From an uncultured Planctomycetaceae bacterium (lineage in GTDB: Bacteria > Planctomycetota > Planctomycetia > Gemmatales > Gemmataceae), in the NCBI GenBank assembly GCA_903960945.1, contig CAJCCR010000311.1:1-54498 (forward strand): a stretch of DNA of 54,498 nt. Reading direction: 5' to 3'. The notes under the pieces were generated by a model. It had not been told where the DNA came from. It worked only from the letters and a program-made list of their open reading frames with translations, and ran no database searches. Positions within the stretch are counted from its first letter, which is position 1. Every line of letters starts with the position of its first letter. Of the stretch, positions 35,859 through 44,601 are shown in pieces. Made by a program: the position numbers and the translations under genes.

Positions 35859-37559
35859 ATGGCAACTGAACCAAAGTTTGGTGGCATTGTTCATACTTAT
35901 CAAAAGTATGATCCAGTAAGTTTTCCGAACCCTAGTTCGGATGCTCCAGATCTTGTTTCGCCTGCTTTTGAACACATGATGCATTATGGTTCCCTTAAAA
36001 GATTAACCGAGGAGCAGCTTGCCCGTGCTGTGCAAATAGATCCTAGTCAAATCCAAGGGTTTGGGCCCACCATGGAGCGGTTGATGGAGGTCCTTGAAGC
36101 CCGGAAGCGAAAAATTCTTGAAACTTTTGAAACTGAATCCGTGAGCAAGGAAGCTAAAGACGAATACGAAAACTCTTATCGCAATTTAAAGCCCCCGAAG
36201 AATATCGCAGAGGAGTTCAAGAAAGCAACTAAGGCTGAGCAATTAAATCAAATCGAAGATCTTTGGTATAAAGCGGGCGGTGAGAAATCACCTTTTGGAA
36301 ATCAGTTGCTTGGCGTTTTTGAATCTTTAGCCATTAAATACCAAGTGGATGAGCTTGCTTCAAAATATGAATTCACGGGCACCCAATCTCTTGATGTTCC
36401 CAAGGCTTTAGAGGTAAAAGCGGAGCTTGAAAAAATTGATGAGCTTTTAAAGCAGTTAAAAGATGCCATGGAGAATGCTCAGATTGGTGTCATTAATATG
36501 GAGGATCTTTCCCAGTTTTTAGAATCAGGCGACATGGATCAATTGAATGCCTTGCAAAGGCAGATTCAAGAAATGATTAAAGCCATGCAGGAAAATCAAG
36601 GTATCGACTCCGATGGGAAAAATTTAAAGCTGACCCCCAAGGCATATAAAATCTTTCAATCCAAACTCCTTGGTAAGATTTTTGACCAGCTTAAAGCTTC
36701 TCGTTCAGGTAGGCATATGGTAGGGGTTTCTGGCGAAGGAGCTGTTGAAACACAAAAAACCAAACCATTTGAATTTGGTGATTCACTTGCTAGCCTTGAT
36801 ATTCAATCTTCCATTGTAAATATGTTGGTTCGATCGGGTGGAAAGATGCCCGAATATCTTCATGCTGGGGATTTGGTGGTTAACAAAACTAAAAATAATC
36901 CCAAGTGTGCTACGGTTGTGTTGCTCGATATGTCTGGGTCAATGCGATACGATGGTCAGTATGTGAATGTGAAACGAATGGGCTTGGCGTTGGATGGCTT
37001 GATTCGTTCTGAATATCCGGGTGATAGGCTTCACTTTGTAGAGATGTACACTTTTGCCAAGGTTCGGAGCAGTTCAGAAATAGTATCTTTGATGCCCAAG
37101 CCTGTGACGGTTTTTGATCCGGTGGTAAGGCTAAAGGCAGATATGTCGGATCCTGACATTACTGAAATGGATATACCGCCTCACTTCACCAATATTCAGC
37201 ATGGATTGCAGCAGGCCCGCACTCTTTTGGCTAATTCCGATACCTGCAACAAGCAGGTTATGATCGTTACCGATGGTTTACCTACAGCACATTTTGAAGG
37301 GAAGGATCTGTATCTTTTTTATCCTCCCGACCCAAGAACCGAGGCTGCGACATTGAAGGAAGCGATGCTTTGTGCGCGCGAAGGGATTACGGTAAATGTT
37401 TTTCTTATGTCGTCTTGGAATCAATCCACGGAAGATGTTCAGTTTGCGTATAAGATGGCTCAAAGTTCCAAAGGAAGAGTTATATTTGTCGCAGGTAAGG
37501 ATCTCGATCGCTATGTGATTTGGGATTACCTTTCTCGAAGAAAAACCATTTTAGGTTGA
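35859..37559 (+). CDS. VWA-domain protein (helical N-half, C-terminal von Willebrand A domain with MIDAS)
   Basis: MIDAS DMSGS in VVLLDMSGSM (nt 36927-36941), later ...VMIVTDGLPTA. ATG 35859 is preceded by GAGGG and lies 13 nt after the AAA+ stop. The overlapping start at 35817 is rejected. Confidence 0.82.
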   Translation: MATEPKFGGIVHTYQKYDPVSFPNPSSDAPDLVSPAFEHMMHYGSLKRLTEEQLARAVQIDPSQIQGFGPTMERLMEVLEARKRKILETFETESVSKEAKDEYENSYRNLKPPKNIAEEFKKATKAEQLNQIEDLWYKAGGEKSPFGNQLLGVFESLAIKYQVDELASKYEFTGTQSLDVPKALEVKAELEKIDELLKQLKDAMENAQIGVINMEDLSQFLESGDMDQLNALQRQIQEMIKAMQENQGIDSDGKNLKLTPKAYKIFQSKLLGKIFDQLKASRSGRHMVGVSGEGAVETQKTKPFEFGDSLASLDIQSSIVNMLVRSGGKMPEYLHAGDLVVNKTKNNPKCATVVLLDMSGSMRYDGQYVNVKRMGLALDGLIRSEYPGDRLHFVEMYTFAKVRSSSEIVSLMPKPVTVFDPVVRLKADMSDPDITEMDIPPHFTNIQHGLQQARTLLANSDTCNKQVMIVTDGLPTAHFEGKDLYLFYPPDPRTEAATLKEAMLCAREGITVNVFLMSSWNQSTEDVQFAYKMAQSSKGRVIFVAGKDLDRYVIWDYLSRRKTILG

Positions 37560-37626
37560 TAACTTAGAAGTTGCTTCCTTTAGATCATCGATTAGCATAC
37601 TACGATGATTATAAATGGAGGCTTGG

Positions 37627-38466
37627 ATGACACGAAAATTGCTAAGTGATTTTGATATCGCACGATATCATGAAGATGGTTTCGTTATTTCAAAATCTTT
37701 TTTTGATCCCCAAGAAATTGAACTTTTAAGCAAATCTGCACGGGAAGATCACGAACTTGATAAGCATTCGTTTGGAAGGCGCGATGGCGAAGGCGGCACC
37801 GTCAAACTTTCTCTTTGGAATCATCCTGGAGATGGTATTTATGGCATGTTCGCCCGATGTGAGCGCATGGTTCGTTCGGTTGAAAAAATTCTTGAGGGCG
37901 AGGCTTATCATTATCATTCTAAAATGATTATGAAGGATGCGAAAATTGGTGGCGCTTGGGCTTGGCACCAAGATTATGGTTATTGGTACCAAAATCATGT
38001 CCTTCGTCCGCTGCTTACAAGTGTTAGTATTGCTGTAGATCCTGCCACTCGAGAAAATGGCTGTTTGCAAGTTATTGCGGGGTCTCATCATTGTGGGCGA
38101 ATTAACCATGTGCTGTCAGGTGATCAGGCTGGGGCAGACATGGAACGAGTCAATGATATCTTAAAAAGAATGCCATTGGTTTATTGTGTGATGGAGCCTG
38201 GTGATGCGATATTTTTTCATCCCAATTTGTTGCATCGATCGGATCAGAACAATTCCGAAAACCCAAGATGGTCTATGATTTGCTGCTATAACGCTGCGAG
38301 AAATAATCCTGCAAGGGAATCCCACCATCCCTCTTATACTCCTTTGCATGTGGTTTCAGATGCAAAGATAAAAGAAGTTGGGATCAAGCGTTTTGCAGAT
38401 GATGCAACGGATGTTGCATGGTTAAGTGACTCTAAGGATAAAAGCGCAAAGAAGCTTGAATCCTAG
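37627..38466 (+). CDS. PhyH-family Fe(II)/2-oxoglutarate dioxygenase
   Basis: WHQDYGYW (HxD facial-triad region) and FFHPNLLHRSDQN. ATG 37627 has GGAGG 5 nt upstream. Confidence 0.82.
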   Translation: MTRKLLSDFDIARYHEDGFVISKSFFDPQEIELLSKSAREDHELDKHSFGRRDGEGGTVKLSLWNHPGDGIYGMFARCERMVRSVEKILEGEAYHYHSKMIMKDAKIGGAWAWHQDYGYWYQNHVLRPLLTSVSIAVDPATRENGCLQVIAGSHHCGRINHVLSGDQAGADMERVNDILKRMPLVYCVMEPGDAIFFHPNLLHRSDQNNSENPRWSMICCYNAARNNPARESHHPSYTPLHVVSDAKIKEVGIKRFADDATDVAWLSDSKDKSAKKLES

Positions 38467-38493
38467 TAAAAGTTCAAGCACTGGGACTAGCGT

Positions 38494-39729
38494 TTAAGAT
38501 TTTGCCCAGACTTGCGCTAGATGTAAAAGGACTTCAACCGCCTTTTCCATTTCTTCGAGACAAGTCCATTCTAAAGGGGAATGGGGGTTGTGCTCACCCG
38601 TGGATAAGTTGGGAGTTGGAAGCCCTATTTCTGTCATTCTTGATCCATCGGTGCCCCCTCGAACGGAGGTAACCTTTGGTTGCAACCCTGCGAGTTTCAT
38701 GGCTTCTACAGCAAAAGGTATCGCTCGCGGTTCTTTGCTCATTCCATCCGCCATATTGCGATATTGTTTTGTCACAATAATGTCAAACTTGGATTCAGGG
38801 TATTCAAGTTGAATTTGAGAAGCAATTTGGGAGAGGAAAGCTTCATACTCGCGGAGTTTCTTGGAATTAAAATCGCGTAATAGAATCTTGATCGTCACTT
38901 CAGCGACGCCGCCTGCAATAGTGTAAGGGTGAAGAAATCCTTCCATTCCTTCGGTAGTTTCAGGGGCAAGTTTTTTCGTAGGCAATCGTTCGATAAAAAT
39001 AGCAGCAAGACGTATGGCATTGGTCATGCGGTTTTTTGCAATGGAAGGGTGGATGTTTCTGCCATGAATGGTGACAGTTGCCAGATCTGCAGAGAATGTT
39101 TCGCCATCGATTTCGCCTTGGCCACCGCCATCCAATGTGTAGGCTGCAATCGCACCTAATTCTTTAAGATCAAGATGGTTTACGCCTTTGCCTATTTCTT
39201 CATCGCAAGTAAAGCAGATGCGTATATCACCATGAATGATGTTGTTGTTTTTGATTAATTCTTGTGCAGCTTGCATGATAACAGCGACGCCTGCTTTATT
39301 ATCTGCTCCTAAAAGTGTAGTGCCATCGGTGGTGATGATGGTTTTTCCTTTAAGGGGTGGTAAGTCATGATTTTCGCTTGTGGTGATGATTTTGGTTTTA
39401 TCTTTTGGAAGGATAATATCTTTGCCATCGTAGTTTTCATGAATAATGGGGGAGACATTTTTGCCCGTGGTTTCAGGGGATGTGTCCATGTGGGCGACCC
39501 AGGCTATCGTAGGGGTAGACTTACCTGCATTGCTTGGGATTGTGCCATATACTAGGCCATATTCTGTTTGGTAGGCATCTTTGATTCCGATTTCATGAAG
39601 TTCTTTAACCAGCATTTTGCCTAGTTCTAATTGTCCTTTTGTACTGGGATAAGTTTTGGAATTCTCATCTGCCTGGGTATCAATTTTTACATAGTCGCAA
39701 AATCGTTTGAGTAAGCTGTTGTGGTTCAT
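38494..39729 (-). CDS. pepT: peptidase T (tripeptide aminopeptidase, M20B)
   Basis: N-terminal LLKRFCDYVKIDTQ, then AHMDTSPE, ADNKAGVA, TCDEEIG and NLSTGEHNPHS motifs. The start overlaps the nth stop (ATGA). Confidence 0.9.
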   Translation of the reverse strand: MNHNSLLKRFCDYVKIDTQADENSKTYPSTKGQLELGKMLVKELHEIGIKDAYQTEYGLVYGTIPSNAGKSTPTIAWVAHMDTSPETTGKNVSPIIHENYDGKDIILPKDKTKIITTSENHDLPPLKGKTIITTDGTTLLGADNKAGVAVIMQAAQELIKNNNIIHGDIRICFTCDEEIGKGVNHLDLKELGAIAAYTLDGGGQGEIDGETFSADLATVTIHGRNIHPSIAKNRMTNAIRLAAIFIERLPTKKLAPETTEGMEGFLHPYTIAGGVAEVTIKILLRDFNSKKLREYEAFLSQIASQIQLEYPESKFDIIVTKQYRNMADGMSKEPRAIPFAVEAMKLAGLQPKVTSVRGGTDGSRMTEIGLPTPNLSTGEHNPHSPLEWTCLEEMEKAVEVLLHLAQVWAKS

Positions 39730-40400
39730 GATTTCTTTTTTCCTTTAGTTGGTGTTTTGGTAACGCCCTTTTGAGGGCAAAGATCGATTAGGGCGCAATC
39801 CGAACACTTGGGCTTTCTGCTGGCGCAAACTTTTCTGCCATGGTCGATTATCCGAAGGCCAAAGATTGTCCACTCTTCTTCCTTTATCACCCGATGCAAA
39901 TCCAATTCGATTTTTACGGGATCCTTGGATTTCGAAAGCCCAAGCCTAAAGCTTAATCTACCTACATGGGTATCGACTGGCAGGCCTGGAATGCCATAAG
40001 CATGTCCCAAAACCACATTTGCCGTTTTTCTGCCCACTCCTGCAAGAACCACCAGTTCTTCCATGGTTTTTGGTACTTCCCCTTGATGATCCTTAACCAA
40101 TGCCTTGCAGCAAGCTATGATGTTTTTTGCTTTGTTCTTATAGAACCCGGTAGATCTTATAAGGGATTCGAGTTCATTGGAGTTGGCTTCTGCTAAGCTG
40201 AAAGATGTGGGAAAGCGCTTGAAAAGGGCAGGGGTTACCATGTTTACCCTGACATCCGTGCATTGTGCTGAGAGAATGGTTGCGATTAAAAGCTGCAAAG
40301 GCGATTGGTATGTAAGCGCACAATATGCGTCTGGGTAAAGTTCTTTAAGTCTGTTTGCCAATCTTTGGGATCGAGCTTTTAGTTCTTTGCTGTTTTCCAC
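39726..40400 (-). CDS. nth: endonuclease III
   Basis: HhH-GPD motif (LAGVGRKTANVVL ... VDTHV) and a C-terminal 4Fe-4S loop (CASRKPKCSDCALIDLC). GTG start. Confidence 0.92.
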   Translation of the reverse strand: MENSKELKARSQRLANRLKELYPDAYCALTYQSPLQLLIATILSAQCTDVRVNMVTPALFKRFPTSFSLAEANSNELESLIRSTGFYKNKAKNIIACCKALVKDHQGEVPKTMEELVVLAGVGRKTANVVLGHAYGIPGLPVDTHVGRLSFRLGLSKSKDPVKIELDLHRVIKEEEWTIFGLRIIDHGRKVCASRKPKCSDCALIDLCPQKGVTKTPTKGKKKS

Positions 40401-40538
40401 GCTTTAACTTATTCCTTTTCTTAAATGCTTAGCAATCAACTATTATTAAATCTACCTAATGATAAATATGGACTGGAGAACAGATTCCATTACCATGAGG
40501 AAAGTTTAATTGTACCAGCTAATGAAAGAAATGATTTT

Positions 40539-41441
40539 ATGAGGCAAATTGGTTTTATTCCTGATCCTGTAGATGCCAAGAAGTTTGAAGACTATCTTTA
40601 CACTCAAGGCACTCTGGTTCGTATGGACAGGCTTAATGCCGGTTATAATGTGTGGGTGTTTGATGAAGATAAACTGCTTTTTGGTAAGCAAGAATTGCTT
40701 CAATACCTTGAAAACCCGCAAAGTAAGATCTACACCGATGCAGGTTTAATTGCCAAAAACCAACGAGCTAAACAAGAAAAAGAAGATAGTGCAATCCCTG
40801 AATACAAAGTGGTATTTTCAGATCAGGGTTTACAATTCCCCCGAGTAACTTTTCTGCTTACGATTTGTATCCTTGCTGTTAGTGTTCCCATGCTTTTGGA
40901 TGATGAAAAAAAAATTCAAATGGTTTCAATCTTTGGTTTGGCTGGGCAAGGAATGGGGCTTTTTTCAAACTTGGCTTTTTCGACGCAACCGTGGCGCTTA
41001 ATCACGCCAGTTTTTCTTCATTTCGGCCCGCTTCATCTACTCTTTAACATCATGTTATTAGTTGAATTTGGGCGTATGATTGAATCGCAACGAGGCGTCG
41101 TCAAATTCTTTTTCTTATTCTTAGCATTGGCCGTTTTTTCAAACCTTGCTCAACTTTTCTTGGGTGGTATTAGATTTAACCAAGGTCTATATTTCGGGCC
41201 AGCATCGACCTTTGGGGGCATGTCGGGCGTTATCTACGGGCTATTAGGCTATGCTTGGATGAAAGCAGAATTCCAACCCGAACTTGGAATAAGTGTTCCA
41301 AGCTCTACGGTTAAATTTATGCTTTTCTGGCTCGTATTATGCATGACAGGCATCTTAGGCTCCGTAGCTAATATTTGCCATATTAGTGGCCTGCTCATGG
41401 GTTTGATTATCGGGTTGCTCCCAAGAAAATTTACCCTTTAA
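40539..41441 (+). CDS. glpG: rhomboid intramembrane serine protease with a GlpG-like cytoplasmic N-domain
   Basis: Catalytic GGMSGVIYGL and HISGLLMG. The N-terminus MRQIGFIPDPVDAKKFEDYLYTQG parallels the E. coli GlpG N-terminus, so ATG 40539 is preferred to 40425. Confidence 0.85.
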   Translation: MRQIGFIPDPVDAKKFEDYLYTQGTLVRMDRLNAGYNVWVFDEDKLLFGKQELLQYLENPQSKIYTDAGLIAKNQRAKQEKEDSAIPEYKVVFSDQGLQFPRVTFLLTICILAVSVPMLLDDEKKIQMVSIFGLAGQGMGLFSNLAFSTQPWRLITPVFLHFGPLHLLFNIMLLVEFGRMIESQRGVVKFFFLFLALAVFSNLAQLFLGGIRFNQGLYFGPASTFGGMSGVIYGLLGYAWMKAEFQPELGISVPSSTVKFMLFWLVLCMTGILGSVANICHISGLLMGLIIGLLPRKFTL

Positions 41442-41444
41442 AAG

Positions 41445-42995
41445 TTAAAGGGTTGGTCCAATACTCCAAGGGGCAAATTCTTCTTCTCCAACCCCGTTGA
41501 TTTCACTCTTGGTTTTTTTGCCACTTGCAACCTCAAGAATTTCTTCGAATATTTGTTTCCCTACTTCTTCCACAGGGGTTCCTTCAAGAATTACGCCTGC
41601 GTTGATATCCATGTCGTCAATCATGTGATTATACATGGGGGAATTAGTAGCAACTTTGATTGAAGGAGCGGGTTTGCATCCAAAAACAGAACCACGGCCA
41701 GTGGTGAACACCAAAACATTGGCGCCCCCTGCAACAATTCCAGTCATGCTCACAGGATCATATCCAGGTGTATCCATAACAACAAAACCCTTTGCTTTAA
41801 CGGGTTCTGCGTAACGAACCACATCCACCATTGCAGTGCTTCCGCCCTTAGCGATTGCCCCAAGGGATTTTTCAAAGATTGTGGTAAGCCCGCCATCCTT
41901 GTTCCCGGGTGAAGGATTATTGTTGATTTCAGCACCGAAAATACCAGTGTACCATTCCCACCATTTGATTCTGTCCACGAGCTTTTGGCCAACTTCCTTG
42001 GAAATTGCTCTACGTGTTAAGAGATGTTCTGCGCCATAGATTTCGGTGGTTTCCCCAATGATCGAGGTTCCTCCTTGGGCAATTAATAAATCAGAAGCAA
42101 TCCCAAGAGCAGGGTTGGCGGTGATCCCACTATTGCCATCGGACCCACCACAATTCGTTCCCAGAATAATTTTATCTGCGGAAATTTTAACCCGCTTGTG
42201 TTGGTTAACCGAAGGAAGAAGTTCAGCAATGGCTTTAATGCCTGCATCCACGGTTTTTTTAATGCCGCCACATTCTTGAATACTTAAAACCAGTGGTCTA
42301 TTTTTAGTGCCATTTAACTGAATGAGATTCTGGTTTTCGATCAGATGGATCGCCTGGCCTGTTTCGCAGCCAAGGCCAATTAATATGTAGGCAGCAACAT
42401 TTGCATGCTTGGCAAAGCCTGCAAGGGTTAAATCAAGTTGATTATGGTCGGGGCCATTGTATTGCATTGCGCAACCAGCCTTGTGGGTGATCGCTACCAC
42501 GCCATCAACATTCGGGTACTGCTTTAGTAAATCAGAAGCACGAAAACGTTCGGAAATGTATTTGCTCGTGCTGGATGCACAATTAACGGTGCTTATAATT
42601 GCGATGTAATTGCGTGTGCCATACCTGCCATCACCCCGGTCGTATCCCATAAAATGTCTTAGTTCAGATGGTTTAGCAGGGGAGGGTGGCAAGTCTGCGC
42701 AAAAGGCGTAATCTCGGGCGAAATTTTCAGCACCGATATTGTGCACGTGCACATGATCCCCAGGATTAATGTCCGTGGTCGCAAAGCCAATAATCTGGCC
42801 ATATTTGATGACCGTTTCGCCCTTTTTAATATGCTTTAGAGCCATTTTATGGCCCAAACCAATTCTTTTAGAAGGCGCAATTTTATCACCACCCACATCG
42901 ATCGAGGCGCCTGTTTCAAGCGTGCGCGTCGCAATTGCGACATTATCTTCAGGGCGTAAATGAATTGCCGGTGGGACTTCAATTTTGCTTGCCAT
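41445..42995 (-). CDS. UxaA-family (altronate/galactarate-type) sugar-acid dehydratase
   Basis: N-terminal SAF domain (LRPEDNVAIATRTLETG) and a large UxaA C-domain with conserved Cys and Gly-rich segments (NCGGSDGNSG, TGRGS). The start is placed at ATG 42995. Confidence 0.85.
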   Translation of the reverse strand: MASKIEVPPAIHLRPEDNVAIATRTLETGASIDVGGDKIAPSKRIGLGHKMALKHIKKGETVIKYGQIIGFATTDINPGDHVHVHNIGAENFARDYAFCADLPPSPAKPSELRHFMGYDRGDGRYGTRNYIAIISTVNCASSTSKYISERFRASDLLKQYPNVDGVVAITHKAGCAMQYNGPDHNQLDLTLAGFAKHANVAAYILIGLGCETGQAIHLIENQNLIQLNGTKNRPLVLSIQECGGIKKTVDAGIKAIAELLPSVNQHKRVKISADKIILGTNCGGSDGNSGITANPALGIASDLLIAQGGTSIIGETTEIYGAEHLLTRRAISKEVGQKLVDRIKWWEWYTGIFGAEINNNPSPGNKDGGLTTIFEKSLGAIAKGGSTAMVDVVRYAEPVKAKGFVVMDTPGYDPVSMTGIVAGGANVLVFTTGRGSVFGCKPAPSIKVATNSPMYNHMIDDMDINAGVILEGTPVEEVGKQIFEEILEVASGKKTKSEINGVGEEEFAPWSIGPTL

Positions 42996-43191
42996 CTTTT
43001 GCTCCATGTAAATCAACAAATTACTACCTTAACAATTTATTGATTTTAACCATTTTGAGATGACCCTACATCAACCCTTTTGATTTTGTGAAGAATTGGC
43101 GTGCATTAAACATTTAATTTTTTAGTTGTATATTCTTTGGTAGTTTAGTCTTATAAATGAATTGTTTATTTAATATTAGGATTTTTTATAC

Positions 43192-44529
43192 ATGCTTAAT
43201 TGCCATGTAGGAACATTTACAGCAGATATTTCCCCACCATTAGGCCATCCACTTTGTGGAGGTTGGATCGAGCCTGTGCGTGGGCAGGATGATCCATTGG
43301 AAGCTGTTGGCATTGTTCTTTTGGGTTGCGGTGCGCCGGTGGTTCTGTGTGCTTTGGATTGGTGCGAAATCAACAATGATGCATATTTAAAGTGGCGCCA
43401 GGTACTTGCTGAAGCTGCACATACCACCATCGAACGAGTTCATGTGCATGCTGTTCATCAGCATAATGCCCCCATAGCCGACCTTGAAGCTGAGAAAATA
43501 ATTCAAATCAATAATGCTTCTCCCAGTTTGGATCTGAAGTATTTTGATAGGTGCCTTTTGAAAACTGCAGAGGCATTGAAAGCCAGCCTTGCAAAAACAA
43601 AAAAGATAAACCGAGTTGGAACGGGCTATGGCAATGTAAATCAAGTTGCATCGAATCGCAGGATTCTTGATTCAGATGGTAAAGTAAAATACACTCGCAC
43701 TAGTGCAACTAAAAGCAAGGAAATCCGCGATTTTCCGGAGGGATTGATTGATCCAATTTTGCGAACGCTCAGTTTTTGGATGGGTGAAAAACCAGTCGTT
43801 GCAATACATTACTACGCCACACATCCAATGAGTTATTATGGTGACGGCATGGTGAGTGCAGATTTTTGTGGCTTGGCGCGAAGAAAGCGGCAGGCTGATT
43901 CCCCTTCAGTTTTTCAAATGTATTTTACTGGCTGTGCGGGGAATATTACCGCAGGGAAGTACAACGATGGCAGTAAAGAAAATCGTGCCATATTAAGGGA
44001 TAGGATTTATCTCGGGATGACTGATGCTTGGAAAGTTACATACACTTCCCCAATTACAAAAATGGATGTGCGTGTTGAACAGATTAAGTTGGGAAAACGA
44101 AGCGAGAGAGAATTCTCGCTGGAAGAAAATTTGAAACTGGTTGCAGATAGTAAAGAAACAAAAGTTAAACGGAACATTGCTGCATTAAAACTTGCCTGGC
44201 TGCAAAGGCGAGAACAAACGGTTGATATTTCGTGCTTGGACTTGGGCGTTGCCTCGATATTAAATTTGCCTGGTGAAGCTTTTGTTGAATACCAATTAGC
44301 AGCTCAGGAAATGCGCCCCGATTTATTCGTTTGTGTTGCTTCTTATGGGGATGGTGGGCCAGGTTATATTCCAACCGATAAAGCTTTTGCAGAAGGGGGG
44401 TATGAGCCTACTGGGGCTTTCGCACCGCCTAATGAAGGGCTTCTAATCAGCACAATCAGCAAGTTGTTGGGCCCAAAAGCCCCGCAAACCACAATTCCTT
44501 TTAAACGATTCAAGAAAAAGAATAAGTAA
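43192..44529 (+). CDS. hypothetical protein, 445 aa (neutral-ceramidase-N-terminal-like pattern suspected)
   Basis: Clean ORF. The N-terminus GTFTADISPPLGHPLCGGW...DPLEAVGIVL resembles the start of the neutral/alkaline ceramidase fold. This is recollection only. Confidence 0.55.
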   Translation: MLNCHVGTFTADISPPLGHPLCGGWIEPVRGQDDPLEAVGIVLLGCGAPVVLCALDWCEINNDAYLKWRQVLAEAAHTTIERVHVHAVHQHNAPIADLEAEKIIQINNASPSLDLKYFDRCLLKTAEALKASLAKTKKINRVGTGYGNVNQVASNRRILDSDGKVKYTRTSATKSKEIRDFPEGLIDPILRTLSFWMGEKPVVAIHYYATHPMSYYGDGMVSADFCGLARRKRQADSPSVFQMYFTGCAGNITAGKYNDGSKENRAILRDRIYLGMTDAWKVTYTSPITKMDVRVEQIKLGKRSEREFSLEENLKLVADSKETKVKRNIAALKLAWLQRREQTVDISCLDLGVASILNLPGEAFVEYQLAAQEMRPDLFVCVASYGDGGPGYIPTDKAFAEGGYEPTGAFAPPNEGLLISTISKLLGPKAPQTTIPFKRFKKKNK

Positions 44530-44601
44530 GCTTGTAGAATAGTTGCATAGATATGCTTTAGTAGTCTCGTATTCCTGAGCTTGTTATTTGATGATTGGAT
44601 T

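Noticed and set aside
40425-40538. 38-codon N-terminal extension of the rhomboid gene
   Set aside because: The sequence from Met39 (MRQIGFIPDPVDAKKFEDYLYTQG) parallels the GlpG N-terminus. The extension has no counterpart.
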